Source of the DNA: Podarcis muralis
Lineage: Eukaryota
Assembly (NCBI RefSeq): GCF_964188315.1
Contig: NC_135669.1
Coordinates: forward strand, 18,414,001 to 18,478,000
Direction: 5' to 3'
Length of the DNA: 64,000 bases
Within the stretch, counting starts at the first letter, position 1, and every line of letters begins with the position of its first letter. Made by a program: the position numbers and the translations under genes. Shown one piece after another: positions 50,001 to 63,712 of this stretch. Below the pieces are notes generated by a model that worked only from the letters and a program-made list of their open reading frames with translations, was not told where the DNA came from and did no database searches.

Positions 50001-52061
50001 GACAGACCCCAGAGTGTTCCAGCTGTGGAGGATGTGTGTGAAATCAAGGAAGCTACCTGTCAAAGCATTGCTCCATCAAGTTCAATAGTGTCTACACCGA
50101 CAGGCAGCAGCTCCCCTATAGGGAAATGCTGGATACCAAATTTAAAACATTCAGCTTGCAAAACAGATGCTCTACCATGGAGCCACAACCACATCCCCAT
50201 ATTACATTGAAATGGCTCAGAGTGCTCTTGATTTGGAGGAACCAAAATTAATAATGTTAATAGTCCTACCCTACAGAGCAGGAGAAAACAAGCTTGCTCC
50301 ATCTTCCATATGACAGCCCTTGAGATATTTAAAGATGACTATCATATCTGGAGCACATAACTTCCTCCAAAGAATTCTAGGAAGTGTAATTTTCTAGAGC
50401 TACAATCCCCAGCACCCTTAACAAGCTACAGTTCCCAGGATTATTTTTGGGAAGCCGTGTGCTTTAAATACATGGTACTCATGTAGACTGTGTAATATCC
50501 CCCCCCGCCGGGTCAGAAAACAATGGTAACAATTGGCTGGTGGGACCCCGGGTGTTTTGCAGCCTGAAGCGAAGAACAATACCTGCTAAAAAGGCTGTGT
50601 TCCAAGGCAGTGAGGTAGGAGATGAGCTTGTTGTTGGACTTCAGGCTAACAAAAGCATCGCAAGGTACATTATTTGGTTTCTCACAATAGAAGGCCTCTC
50701 GGTCTCGTACATCTAGATACTCACACAGTTCTGTGTCTGTGGTCTTGTTAAAACCACATTCAGTGTGGACACTTGATGTCCCAGTTAAAAATTTGCCCGT
50801 GAAAACTATTTTGTCGTAGCCTTTTTTCCTTGCAGCCCACAGTGCAGAAACTCCTTCGCTGGGGTGGATGAGCAAGACGGACACTCTGACATCACCCTCC
50901 CAAAATAAAGTGAAATTGACCAGGTACGTCCCATTCCTATAGTCTGTGATGTGCCCAGAAGCTCCAGCCCTGAGACTTGAAGAGGAGATCCTCGCTCGTA
51001 AGAAGTCTCCTCCGTATTCCTTCCTCTTGCCCAAGTAGTTGTATAAATCCAGTCGAACCATCAAATGCTCACCAACACAATAAGAGCCTTTGTAGTTTAA
51101 GATGGTGGCCTTGCTGTTCTTAGCACTTGTGGTGGTATTGATATCCATGAAAGTGATGCTGGGCATCAGGTCGTCTAGTTTTCTAAGGACAGCTTTACTT
51201 TCTCTGTCCTTTTTTGCCCATTCCATTCTAGTATGTCTCGGGGTTCCATCTTTCATTGGCCAAATTTTGCTCCTGCTGCCTGCGATTTCAATGCTAGAAA
51301 TGTCTGAAAACATGGGATTCATTTATCATTTTGGGGGGAGGTGACATTCGAATTGTTTTTTCTTTATTACATCAACAGAAGTGCGCTCCCCCCCACCGGT
51401 ATATTGCTTGATATTCACTTTCCACACAAACTAAGACTTTTAGCATAATTGCCTAATATTTTGGACACCCCCTTTGCATTGACATTAGAGAAACACCCAC
51501 AATTTTACCATCTGCTGGAAACATTTCTGCTTTGCTAAGCATTTTTGTAGAATTAATTCGATTTGACCTCATCCGTTTCTTCTATATTTTATGATTTTAT
51601 AATTTAATGATATTTTAGTGATTTTATTGCACATCAGTTTTTTTTAATGAGTTGGTCAATTAGGAATACTCTTATGAATAAAATAAATAAATGTTTTATG
51701 GATGTTTGAAAGCAAAAGCTCTTACCAATATCCATAGCCATTCCGTTTGCTTCTGACTGCTTCTTCAGCACTCCACAAATGAAATTCTTGAAAATTGCAA
51801 CAAGAAATAACGGTGAGAGTTTGCACACTACCTTCGCAGTCTCCACTCTTCAGTTCCACAAGATGAATGTTCACAATGTATTTACACACACAACTTCAGA
51901 ATTATTGATTTCACCGGAGAGACATGAGCTTTAATGGAGGGGGAAAGTGTGAGGATTCCTACCTTAGTGTCAGTTCTGTGGAAGGTGTAGCTGAGGATGA
52001 TGATTCCTCCCAGCACCAGGGCCAAGAAAGCTGTCGGTCTCCAGGTATGTGTCAAATACAT
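46365..52061 (-). CDS. NXPE: NXPE family member (copy 3), 6 coding exons, 558 aa
   Basis: Exons 52061-51963, 51786-51726, 51279-50583 (697 nt), 49780-49719 (62 nt), 48890-48669 (GDSTVRQW) and 46900-46365 (536 nt). All GT-AG, total 1677 nt. An in-frame upstream ATG at 52088 is also possible. Confidence 0.88.
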
Positions 52062-52341
52062 TCTGGTCTCCTCTGAGAAAGTCCTCATGAGTCACCACCT
52101 TTGATTTCAAGCCTACCATATACAACATGAACAGGGCAAGTTGTGGGGCGAGCGATGACATAACTGCACAAGATGGTAGTTCAGGCCATCTGCTCACACC
52201 ACCAAATTATATCATTTTGCAACACTGGTTAGCCCTCATCATGCTATTTCAAATTTTGAACGAGAAAGGAGATTCTCCTAGAGCTTTAGCAGCGCAAAGA
52301 AAAAGTACTAACAACTTTCTTCACAGGGTGAACAGCTAATC

Positions 52342-52548
52342 CAGAGCTTTCCAAACTGTGTGTTGTGACACATTAGTGTGTCGGCCGCAGTGTGTAGGTG
52401 TGTGTCACACAAATGGTCCCCACTATCCTCCTGGGGCTGAAAAGGGTTAGTTTAACCTCTGGTTTGCTAGTAAAACTGAATGATTGTGTCGCGAAATGAT
52501 GCATGTCCAAAAAGTGTGTCACCAACCTGAAAAATTTGGAAAGCTCTG
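52342..52548. mobile_element. hAT MITE
   Basis: Perfect 8-bp TSD AGCTAATC. TIR CAGAGCTTTCCAAA. Confidence 0.87.
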
Positions 52549-53128
52549 AGCTAATCTAAAGATTTCAACCTAGCAGTGGATGAAGAAGAGAGGCTTTTAA
52601 TGCCACAAAAATCAAACCAGACTTCTAAGGAAGATCTAGATCTTGTTGTGGAGCTCTCCCAGAAGGACCTCAAATATTTCTCTGCAGTAGGAGGGTGGGG
52701 GAAACTTTCCCATTGTCTTTTCACTTGTAAATCACATTCATAAAAATGCCTGAGAGGTAAGGGCTTATCCCTCCCTGCAAAACCAGTTTGGGAAGTCTTT
52801 CAATTGCTGGAAACTACTTTTATATTATACTTTCTCTATTAATCTGTCTGAAAATCAAAGTTGAACTCGCTTAACTGTTCGGTGCCTTGAAATGTGATCA
52901 AGAGGGAGGGGAAAGGGCAGCTATGAAAAGTACATTTAAGGAAATTTTTAAGGGAGCCAGCAGACATCTTAATGCTGGGCAGCGTCATAAGGAAAGAATA
53001 TGAAGTCTAATATTGTAAAATGATGAAGACACTGACATCCCAAGCCTTCGCCTTCTCAAACTTCAGGGGGTGCTTTATTAAGAATCCTGCTCATCCTCTC
53101 ATAATATTAGGGTTGCTTATGTAATCTA

Positions 53129-53476
53129 GGGACGCGGATGGCGCTGTGGGTTAAAAAACAGAGCCTAGGGCTTGCCAATCAGAAGGTCGGCGGTTCTAAT
53201 CCCTGCAACGGAGTGAGCTCCCATTGCTCGGTCCCTGCTCCTGCCAACCTAAGCAGTTCGAAAGAACGTCAAAGTGCAAGTAGATAAATAGGGACCGCTC
53301 CAGCGGGAAGGTAAACGGCATTTCCGTGCACTGCTCTGGTTCGCCAGAAGCAGCTTAGACATGCTGGCCACATGACCCGGAAGCTGTACGCCGGCTCCCT
53401 TGGCCAATAAAGTGAGATGAGCGCTGCAACCCCAGAGTCGTCCACAACTGGATCTAATGGTCAGGGGTCCCTTTAC
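53129..53476 (+). mobile_element. Sauria SINE
   Basis: TSD GTAATCTA/GTAAACTA. The empty site is present in the paralogous segment near 44760. Confidence 0.9.
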
Positions 53477-53573
53477 GTAAACTAAACTTGTTCAAGCTCA
53501 TTCCGATTCATGGTCAAGTCGCTTGAATGCTATCACTGGCAAAATTCTATTAGGGTTGTTATGCCACCCTAAT

Positions 53574-53952
53574 TGTAGGGATGGTGTCGCAGGGTGAGGG
53601 CACACCCACCCCCGCAGCATAAGGCAAGCCACAGCTGTCTAGCCGCCATGCCCACTCCTTGACCTTTTGTCTCCTCAGTAGTGTTCAGTGCCCTGACCTT
53701 TACCTCCTTTGCAAAGGTATTGCTCATTTCCCCCTGTAATGGGAACATGACGCCTTGGAGCAGTTGCATAGATAACTAGGCAACACCCAGGGGGCTCGGG
53801 ATGGGAGAAGTGTAAAGGTCAAAGCCCTGAATGTATCTTGCTAGTTTTGCGTATCTTGCTAATAAAAAGAGCCTCTGCTAAGCTAGCAATCTGTGCTTTT
53901 CGCACAGCTCACTTGCATCATGAACTCCCGTGTCGGCTCTTTTATTTCTACA
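53574..53952 (+). mobile_element. Solo LTR, 379 bp
   Basis: TGTAG...CTACA termini, 5-bp TSD CTAAT, internal AATAAA. Confidence 0.85.
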
Positions 53953-54544
53953 CTAATGGTGATATTTCACAGTGGTGTGGTGTGGAGTGGCTGAAATGCC
54001 CCTTTCATTAACTTCTCTCTTAGGTTGTGTGCAGGGGTGGGGTTGAGGCTGGTCAAGAGTGGCTTACAACAGCCGTGCAATGCAGTCCACTATTCTGTTG
54101 AATGAGAGGGGACAGACCTAGCCTTCCCTCCAAAAAAATATTGGGCAAGGCGATCCATCTAAGAAAAAAAAAATCTTACATAATTGTAGTTTCTCTTCTC
54201 TTTCCCCCAGTTTCACAGTTATTATTTCTCAGTTTGCATCTATACATATAAATCAACGCAAGTACATGTTATGCAAATCTGTCTGCTCTTTGGTCCTCTT
54301 TTGGGTGACCTTTCAGTGGCCACTCCCATTCAAAAACTCTGTATTGTGATTTGTCACTTGCTCCATCCTCTAATACTGAACTTAGGTGACCCTGTCAGTT
54401 TTGAAGTGAAATGTTCCCACCCAGAAGAAAGCAAGCTGGTTCCCACACAATAATGTTAGCTTAGAAATTGAAACCAGTCCCTCTCTGCCAGCCAGATGTG
54501 GACCTTTGGATTTATCCAGGGGATTAGGGTCAGGCAGGTGAATA

Positions 54545-54901
54545 AAGGTAAAGGTACCCCTGCCCGTATGGGCCAGTCTTGACAGACTCTAGGGTTGTGT
54601 GCTCATCTCACTCTATAGGCCGGGAGCCAGCGCTGTCCGCAGACACTTCCGGGTCACGTGGCCAGCGTGACAAGCTGCATCTGGCGAGCCAGAGCCGCAC
54701 ACGGAAACGCCGTTTACCTTCCCGCTGGTAAGCGGTCCCTATTTATCTACTTGCACCCGGGGGTGCTTTCGAACTGCTAGGTTGGCAGGCGCTGGGACCG
54801 AATGATGGGAGCGCACCCCGCTGCGGGGATTCGAACCGCCGACCATGCGATCGGCAAGTCCTAGACGCTGAGGTTTTACCCACAGCGCCACCCGTGTCCC
54901 C
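54545..54901 (-). mobile_element. Sauria SINE
   Basis: 14-bp TSD CAGGCAGGTGAATA. Confidence 0.9.
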
Positions 54902-55283
54902 CAGGCAGGTGAATACTGTACTATGAATTTAAGAAAACATGAAGCTTTCCTTCCCTATACTTTATGGAGAGGTTCCAGGTCAGAAGAAAGGAAAAAGGAC
55001 ATTGTGATGTAACCCGGGCTCCTTCAGAGTGTCTTTACCCCTCTCTTTACCCCAGCCCCCTGCTGGGTGGGCAAGGGGGTGTCACAAAGAAAGTCAGCTT
55101 AAAGGTGATCATTGGAATTAAGGCCGCAATAGAATAGATGAATTGCATTTCCAAGCCCTACTGAAAGTGTGCAGGTTTCTCTTCCTACATGACCCACAAG
55201 GGATGGAGAAGGGTTTTGGACTCGGATCCTGCCCTGAGCCCAGTTAACCTCTTACTCACCAACCTCCTCCTCCAGCCTCCTCC

Positions 55284-56681
55284 ATGCCCTCCACTCTGTC
55301 TCTCACCTCCTCCCTTCTTGCTTGCGTGCTGTCCTCCCTGATGTCAGCTGCAACAGGTGAGATCAGCAGGATAGGCAGGCTGGTATTTGTTTCTCTTCCC
55401 CTTGCTTTGCAGTGAGGAATTTGCCCTGGGTAGGTTGGGCCATGGGAGAAGGGGAGGACCAGAGGAGAGAAGCGGAGAGCCTCTGAGCATTTGCCACTAA
55501 GCTCACTAAGAAAAGCAAGCTAGCAATCTCAAAGTTCCCCCAAATATGGGATTAGGGAAGAACAAAGGAGAGTGCTGTAATGGACAGGCTGGTTTAAACC
55601 TCTCACTAGGGAGAGGGAGAGCAAGAGATATTTCACTTTACAGAGCTAAAAGACTAAGTGGGTGGTAGTCCATCTTCCCAGCTAGGATATGGTTCAGATA
55701 GGCTTATCCCCCAGCTCTGGGAAAAGGCATCGAAACATATTTGAACCAAGGACAGACATTTTCCCCAGCACAAAAGCTAGCCATGTTTAAGAGTGTAATG
55801 CTGGGCCTTCCTCTGGGGACAATTAACACAGCTGTCTCTGGTTTTAGTTGTGAGTGTGACTTGCATACAGTGTTTTAAAGGTCACAGAAATGGCCAGGCC
55901 ATTGGTCTATCACTGACCGGCAGTGCCCACAACCCAACAAGTGTTTCAGGTGGGGAAGTTTCTTTCCCAGCCCTACCTGTCTATAAGTGCATGTGGCAAG
56001 AGGTAGGAGTGTTAGGGCCTCAGACATGGAGAGTAACTCACTGATACAGAGGGAAGGCATGGATAGGGGGTGTTGGTAATCAAAGAAAAGGCTTAATAAA
56101 CAATGATCCATGTGGGGTGCATGGCAGGAGGGCACCAGTAGGGGGAGTCAAAGCCAATGACAGGCACCTTCTGTTTCAACTTTTAAACGCCTGAAAACAT
56201 TTCTATTCTGTCAGGCTTATGCAGGCAATACCATTTTCCACCATTGTTAGCTGATTCCTGTTTTATTTTAGATAGATGCTAGCTAGCTAGCTAGCTAAAA
56301 TGGTTTTATAGGTAATTGTTGTAAACCATTCTGATATATATATGCAGCCCTTGCCGCAGCCACCAATCACCCGTCCAATCGCCACAGAAAATCTCCTGCT
56401 TGTGGCAGCAATCAGTCCCCTGCCCCACCTCTGCACTTTCTGCGTATAAGAAGACACCCTATTTGTGACATTAATTCATAAGAAAACAAACCTCATCTTA
56501 TACAAGGAAAAGTATGGTATATTTTTATTAACATGCATTTGAATATATAGTCATGGCGTTGACATGAGGGCATTGTTTGAATTATGTTTTCTCCTCTCCC
56601 CTTACCAAAACACTTCTGCAAACCCCTCTGCAGAAGAGGCGGCTGGGACGTGAGGTCTTCTGCTCCACTCTCTGTAACAAC
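55284..56681 (+). pseudogene. Degenerate Ly6/uPAR (LU, three-finger)-like gene, copy B, with putative exon-3 remnant
   Basis: Exon 1 at 55284-55356 is identical to copy A. Exon 2 at 55848-56002 is open, but its middle is shifted by a 13-nt deletion that hides RQCPQPNKCF in another frame. The remnant at 56608-56681 reads KHFCKPLC...FCSTLCN after a pyrimidine tract lacking AG. Confidence 0.55.
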
Positions 56682-56922
56682 TTACCTGCACCTCCAAATC
56701 ACCCCAACCCACCGCAGTCTGAAGTGGCACCCCATGAGATATTAGTGGCACAGGGAAAAGCTTCTCAGAAGGATCTGCACAGGCACTGCTGGAAAAGGAT
56801 TCCAGGTGGACCCTTGGGAAGGATCCAGCAGTTCCGTATATGTAACTGACAGTTTTGCCAATCCAAAATCCTTTGCTTTGGGTAACTGAAATTTTCACAA
56901 TGGATTTCCCTTAGCGCTTTAA

Positions 56923-57297
<375 letters not shown>

Positions 57298-58490
57298 AAA
57301 AGAGACTGGTTAACTTACAGAGACCTATTGATAGAAGAAAATAATATTATTAAAATTAGGCTTTATGAGGATCTCAAAACAAAATTAACAGGATGGTTGG
57401 AATACCACCAGTTCAATAATATATTTTTAAAGGACAAACAACAACAACAATGGCTTCGAACATGTTAGATCAAGGATAGAAATGGATATAATACAAGGAG
57501 GTACAAAAACATTGTCTAGAATTTATGAGTTTCTGCTGGAGTGGCATACAAAGGATGAAGAAATTAAAGAGGTCATGACAAAGTGGACAATTGACATAGG
57601 TTATAATATTGAATATGATAAATGGTTAAAGCTATGGAACATAGGATTAAAATTTACTGCTTGTGTGACCCAGAAGGAAAATATATTAAAAATGATGTAT
57701 AGGTGGTATCTTACCACAGCCAGGTGAGCAAAGATGTATAGAATGAGAAATAAGAACTGTTGGAAATGTGAATTGAAGGAAGGAAACTTTTTCCACATGT
57801 GGTGGTTATATGAAAAAGTTAAAACCTTCTGGGAAAATATTTATAATGAGTTTAAAAAGTTTTTTAGATACACTTTCCAAAAAAAACAAACCACACAGAG
57901 GCATTTTTGCTAGGTATGGTTGGAGATGATATAATAAAGAGTGACCAGAAACTGTTCCTTTATGCTACTACCGTGGCGAGAATACTACTCGCACAGAAAT
58001 GGAAGCAACATGAAATACCCACAGTTGAAGAATGGCAGCGGAAAGTCATGGAGTTCACAGAAATAGCAAAATTGACTGAAAAAATCAGAGAACAGGGTGA
58101 CGAAGCATTCCAAAGAGACTGGATGAAATTTACAACATACATAGAAAAGAACTATACACAAATAAAGACTTCGCGGAACTGAAATAGACCTCATAATGTT
58201 TATTAAAAATCATTCATTTTGGATTTAAGAACACTGAAGATATACAACTGAAGGATATACATTTAATGAAATTTTGAATAGTATTATTCCATAGTATTAA
58301 GTACACATACAATGTAAACATGACAAATGCATAAATATAAAGAAAATATAGAGAAATCAGAAGAAGGAGGGAGGGAAGTACAAACTTCTTTAGAGTTAAA
58401 GTATTAAGGTTAAAAGGAAAACATATGTATTATGTATTATGATGGTGAAATTTGTAAAATCTGTAAAACCAATAAAGATCATTAAAAAAA
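57298..58490 (+). mobile_element. L1-clade LINE 3' fragment (ORF2 C-terminus with Cys/His zinc-knuckle) and A-rich tail
   Basis: Broken ORFs reading KMMYRWY..., CWKCELKEGNFFHMWW and ARILLAQKWK...W.KF..YI. AATAAA plus A-rich end near 58470-58490. Confidence 0.85.
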
Positions 58491-59037
58491 TACTATTTTA
58501 TTTATTTGTACTTTGATTATTGCTTTCATTTTATGGATCAATGGCCTCGTAAATCCGGCATTGTAATGTGTCCAAAAGCTTGCTCTGGGCCAAGATTGGA
58601 ATGGCATACCATAAAATATAAGCAGGTGCTACTACCTAAAGCGAATATTTGCAGAGAGGGAAGGCACGCCAATTATTCTTTCTCTTTCCCAGACAGCTTC
58701 CCAGAAGCATCTCAGCAGGAATTGTTGGGAAATGATCCTAGCCCATAAGGATCTTTGGGAAGACCTAGCAAGGCTCTCCTGGCATTCTAAGGGAAACCCA
58801 GTGGGATAAAGTTTATCCATGCAATATCTGATAAAGTGTCCCATATCCTTAATTGCTACATTTTCCGACCCAAAGTCCTCTGCTTCATCTGTTATTTGCT
58901 TTGGTGCTTTATTACACCCTTAAGTGTCTAAATGCAACTGATAAAAATGTTCCACATGCTTAGCTGACTGTCTTGCCCCATTCAAAATCCTTTCCTTTGC
59001 ATAATTAAAGCTTTCACTCTGGGTTTATTTTACTGCC

Positions 59038-62000
59038 TTAACATATGTAAGACAAAAACATATCAATCTGACTTCCGACCACGTGATCTGGTGGGTGAAG
59101 CAGGTTTGTGCCATAGGCAATTGCCATGTCCCAGGCATCAATGAAGCCCACCTTCAGATCTCGAAAAATGTCCTTTAGCACAAGGTATTGGGCATAACCA
59201 TGGAAGTTCCCAAATCGCTCCTGGTCTATTGACATCTCGCGGGTGTTCTCTGCTTTGATGATGACTTTTGTGTCTGGGCTCCTCACGAGAAGACGCTGGA
59301 TGGCTGCCCGTATGTTAATCATTCTTCGAATGAAGAGCTCAATGGGGAAGGGGCGGAAGTGGTGGCCTAGGGAGACGGCAACCACCGTGTCTCCGTCGCC
59401 TGCCACGTTGTCAATCTCCCGAGCGATGTAGCTGTGATCTGCCGTCATGTATTCAAAGACGGTGACGAAAGGGTGGTTGTGCTTCTTCCACTGGATCTGG
59501 CTGTTTCTTTTCATGTCCAGAGCCATCATATTCTTCTGCTTACCCGTTCCATGGAGGTCAAAATACTGAAATGCTAATGCAGGAATAGAGGGGGTGGGGA
59601 ATCAATACAAATCTTTGAAAACTATCCTCTGAGAAATTAATGGACTACTTCTTGTGGGGAAAACTGCAGAATGACTAGCCTACTCTTGTTGATCTAATAG
59701 TGCTGTTCGTTTCAAAGAGAAATAGGCAAAGATTCCTGTGTCTGCTATGAGTTTTCTTCGTCCTCCCTGGTACACATGCTGTTTCCCTTACAGTGATTGC
59801 ACCAGTTTCTCTCTGGAAGTAGCAGTTTAGTGGCTGCACCTTCACTACCAGGCAAAGGATGTTCAGCAGAGGGCAAACTTTCCCCTAAGACATCTTCATT
59901 GCTGTCATCTGCCAATTGGCTACAGAGTGGTAAGGAAGGAGAGCATCTGTGCACTCATCAGCCAAAGGAGATCAAAGCTCCCGGCAGGTAGGACTTTTCC
60001 TCTTCCAGAGAGAACTGAATGAGGAAGGATGGTGAGGTTACAGCCAAAAGTGCTGGGAGTTGACTCTTGCAAGCTGAATTCATTCAGAACTGGCTCCCGC
60101 TTCCTGCATAGTCTCAATGAGTGAACAAACAAATACATTCTACAAACCGTTTAAAACATTCACTCAACCAGTGATTTCAGCGAAGCCAGGAACAGTATCT
60201 TTGAGCCTGGATAAACAGGATTCTTTTTAAACTCCTCATGTTCACTTGCCCCTTGTTCAATGTGCCACGGGCAAATTTGTTGGGATCAATCATTCAGAAA
60301 CTAGAGGGTACCCCACCAAAATTCCACCTTGCCCAAATCTTGCAGGATAAGGATACCCACACCACCCTGAAAGTGGCTAGGTTCCTGGTCGCTGTCCTTA
60401 CCCAAAAGCGACGCCAAGGAGCGCTACAAGCTAATTAAGGCGTAGTATGCCATTCCATCTTATAGTATTTTATTGTTATAGTGGTGTTTTAGCGGCTGTT
60501 TTTTCCCACGTGCACAAGCTGTTATTTATGTGTTGTTTTTACTTGTATGGGCCTATGGCCGTAATAAATAAATAAATAAAAATAAAAATTAAACTCCTCC
60601 AGAAAATCAATAATATTTTGTGCAAGCAAACAACTTTCCTAAAATAAAGTGCTCTAATAAATGCATTTTTGTTTATATTTCTTGGTTGGAGAACCGCACC
60701 ATAAGATTCAAATAATGAATTCCAAAGGATAGCTGTGTTTGGATTTATGAATTAGTTTGGAAAGCACAACTTTGGGCTTATTACACTTTCCTTTGTTCTT
60801 TCCAGGCAAGGTACTTCCTTTAAAGCTCTGTATCTGAGTGACCTTTTTTTGTTTTTGCTTTTTGGTCCAGAGCTTTCCCCATGAAAACATGCTCTTTAAA
60901 GCTCAATTGGAACAAATAGCAACAGAGTGCTGAAGAGTGGGGAAAGCTCATGGGTAAAAACAGAAACAAACAAACAAACAAAAAACCCCACTCAGATACA
61001 GAGCTTTTAAGTGTTGACCTGGAAAGAGCAAGGCAAAAAGGTAAGTGTGGATAAGCCCTTAGACAAATGTTTCCCTGATCTCCATGTAGAACAGATTTCT
61101 GAAACATAAGAAAGACTGGGTGTTCAAAAGTTAGGGTACAGAAGCCTGAAACAAAGATACTTGTTACAGGCAACAATATTACATTGTGGTTGTCTCTAGG
61201 TAGGAAAACGCACATTGGATTTTATCTGTGATATACCGCATCCATTGTCTCAAAGTTGAATCTCCCAGGAGGTAAATAATCTTTCGTTTCAAACAACTTT
61301 TAATTCTCTTGAGGTTTCTGAAGCTGAGCACCTGGCAGAACACAGGATACCACTCCTTCTTCCAGACGAAGCCACTGGGAGATGGATAGCTCATTCCAGC
61401 CCCACATTTCCCCTCTGCCACAGTTGCCTTCTTGCCTGTCAAAAGGAAATGAGAAACAAGCAAATGCCAATGACTTATTGCATTCCTATGCCACTCTTCA
61501 TTCTGGAAAGCGCTTTACAAACAATAAATAGCAACAGAACATCACAAATACAGCATAAATAATATGAAATAATTAACACTTGCAATCTATGAAATACTCT
61601 TAAGGAAACAGCACTTTAAAAATAAACTCAACGTCACAATTACAGCAAAGGTCATATTACATGATTAACAAATCACTGCAGCATTTTCTAATCTATAAAG
61701 CATCATTAACGAAATATCAACAAATGAAATACACACTGCCCCCGCGACTCATAATCTTTCACTCTATTCAGTTCATTAAGATACACATAAGATACAGGGG
61801 ACGCCCGGGTTGTGAACGTGATCCGTGCGGGATCACAGCCCCCCAGATCCCAGTGTGACTCCTGGTAGTTCGGGCTGGCTTCATCCTCCCCAGGCTGGAT
61901 ACCTGGAGGTCTCCGCCTACCTCAGCCAATCGCCCAATCCCGCCTGGGGAGGCGTTGCCAGGGGATTGGCCAGGTAAGGGGAGGGACTGTCCTGCCCACA

Positions 62001-63712
62001 CAACAGAAGGTGAATCTTACCTGCGAAGCAGCAGTCAGCTCCAGAGATGCTGCACCTACGGGAGTCCTTGGGCAGCAATGATTGTAGCAGTGTGAGGAAA
62101 CCAGCATTGAAAGTGGTGAATGGATCTATAGTCTCTGGGCAATCAGTGGGGACCCCAAAGCTCCAGGAAGGAGGGAGGAGGAAAATAGTTGGCAGAAGCA
62201 GCGGTGTAGCTAGCCGCTCGGGTGCCTGTGAGGGGGTGTGTCCTGCAGCCAGGGGCGGGGCAATCTGCCCATGGGGGGCGGAGCAAGTATCTCTTACTCT
62301 CCACTGCCTCCCCCTCTGCTGTAGGGCAGCTGAGGGAGAGGCAGTAGGCAGACGCAAGTCCCACACTGCCGTTTCAGCCACCATGTCACCCCTAAAAAGT
62401 TTTGTGAGTCCAATTTTATTTTATTTTATTTTTTCAAACTCTTTTTGTCACACCCCCTCAGTGACGACACCTGGGGCAACCCGTACCCCCCGCACCCCCC
62501 TTCCTCCACCACTGGGCAGAGACAACATTTTATAGCAGCCCATCAATTTGGCACCTGACAAACCATGTGCTAGTTCTGAAGCCACAGTCATTGAGCCAGT
62601 GGTTCTAGTCCCTACTCGAAACTGAACTCGCTGGGTAGCCTTGGGCCAGTTATTTCCTCTTAGCCTAATCTACCTCACAGGGTTGTCATGTGGAGAAGAA
62701 CGATCTACACCACTTTCAGCATATTGGAGGAAAGATGAGTTATAAATGTAGTGATAAATACATTTTCCAGGATGGAGCAAAACCAAAATTATTATAATTG
62801 TTTGGCCTCCTGCTTCCACTCCCAGATGTGTTGAACTACAACTCCCAATCCCCCTCAGCCAGCATGGCCAGTGGTCAGGGGTGCTGGTAGTTGTAGGACA
62901 ACGATACCTGGGGACCCAAGGTTGAGAAAGGCTGATCTAGAGTATATTGGGGGTGGAAGGCAGCACTGTGCTTGAATAATCCATAAATGCCTTTCAATCT
63001 TTTCTCAGACAGGTCCTTTATCCTTTGTCCCCTGGCAACCTACAGTTTTTGTTTTCATCTCTCTAAAAGAGCGCATTGTCATACGTTTGGGTAACACTGG
63101 TCAATACTTATATTCTGAAGTGTCTTCCAATTCTGAGCTATAACTGCTCATGAAGTCGAAAGGAAATGACCCAACTTTGTGATTGAGAGTGGTTGGGGAA
63201 ACCCATATTGAGAGTGGCTGGGGGGGGTATACATAATGAAATCATCACCGTCATCATCTAAATTTCCATCCAGAAACATATTTAACAGCACCAACCAGAT
63301 GGTGCCAGAGAGCAAACAAAGTTTCTATGCAATTTTTACATAGGTTCCCCCCCTTTTGTTATAACAATTCAATTTCTGACTTATTTATAGCTTTTTTCCC
63401 CTTGTGTGTAGATCCACCCCGTATCATACCTTCTCCAACATATAGAAGAGAGGCTTTGTTTTCAATAAGATTTAAGTCTGTTAGGGAGGCAAAACCCCAG
63501 TATTTCTTTATTCCCTTCCCCAAACCCTTCTCTCTACTGCGGTTGTATATACTGTACGTATAAGCAGAAGTGATAAGACTTGCTACAGGAGCTTCCCCAT
63601 TTTCCCAAGCAGAGATCACCAAAGCTGTGAAGAGAGAAAGTCCAACAGACCTTTACAGACTATGACCTGAAAGGTTCCAAAACACTGAGGGATGTTGCAT
63701 CCAATGTTTGAC
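59038..63712 (-). CDS. NXPE: NXPE family member (copy 4), last three coding exons; 5' part lies beyond the window
   Basis: Exons 63712-63651 (62 nt, SNIGCNIPQCFGTFQVIVCK), 61435-61214 (GDSTLRQW) and 59573-59038 (536 nt). Phases are consistent with the other copies. Confidence 0.87.
62199..62514. mobile_element. GC-rich hAT-like element
   Basis: CAGCGG...CCACTG ends. Degenerate TSD GGCAGAAG/GGCAGAGA. Confidence 0.55.

Noticed and set aside
60929-60950. CTGAAGA...GAAAGCTC as another hammerhead
   Set aside because: Only 5 nt lie between the core motifs (no stem II) and there is no stem I pairing.
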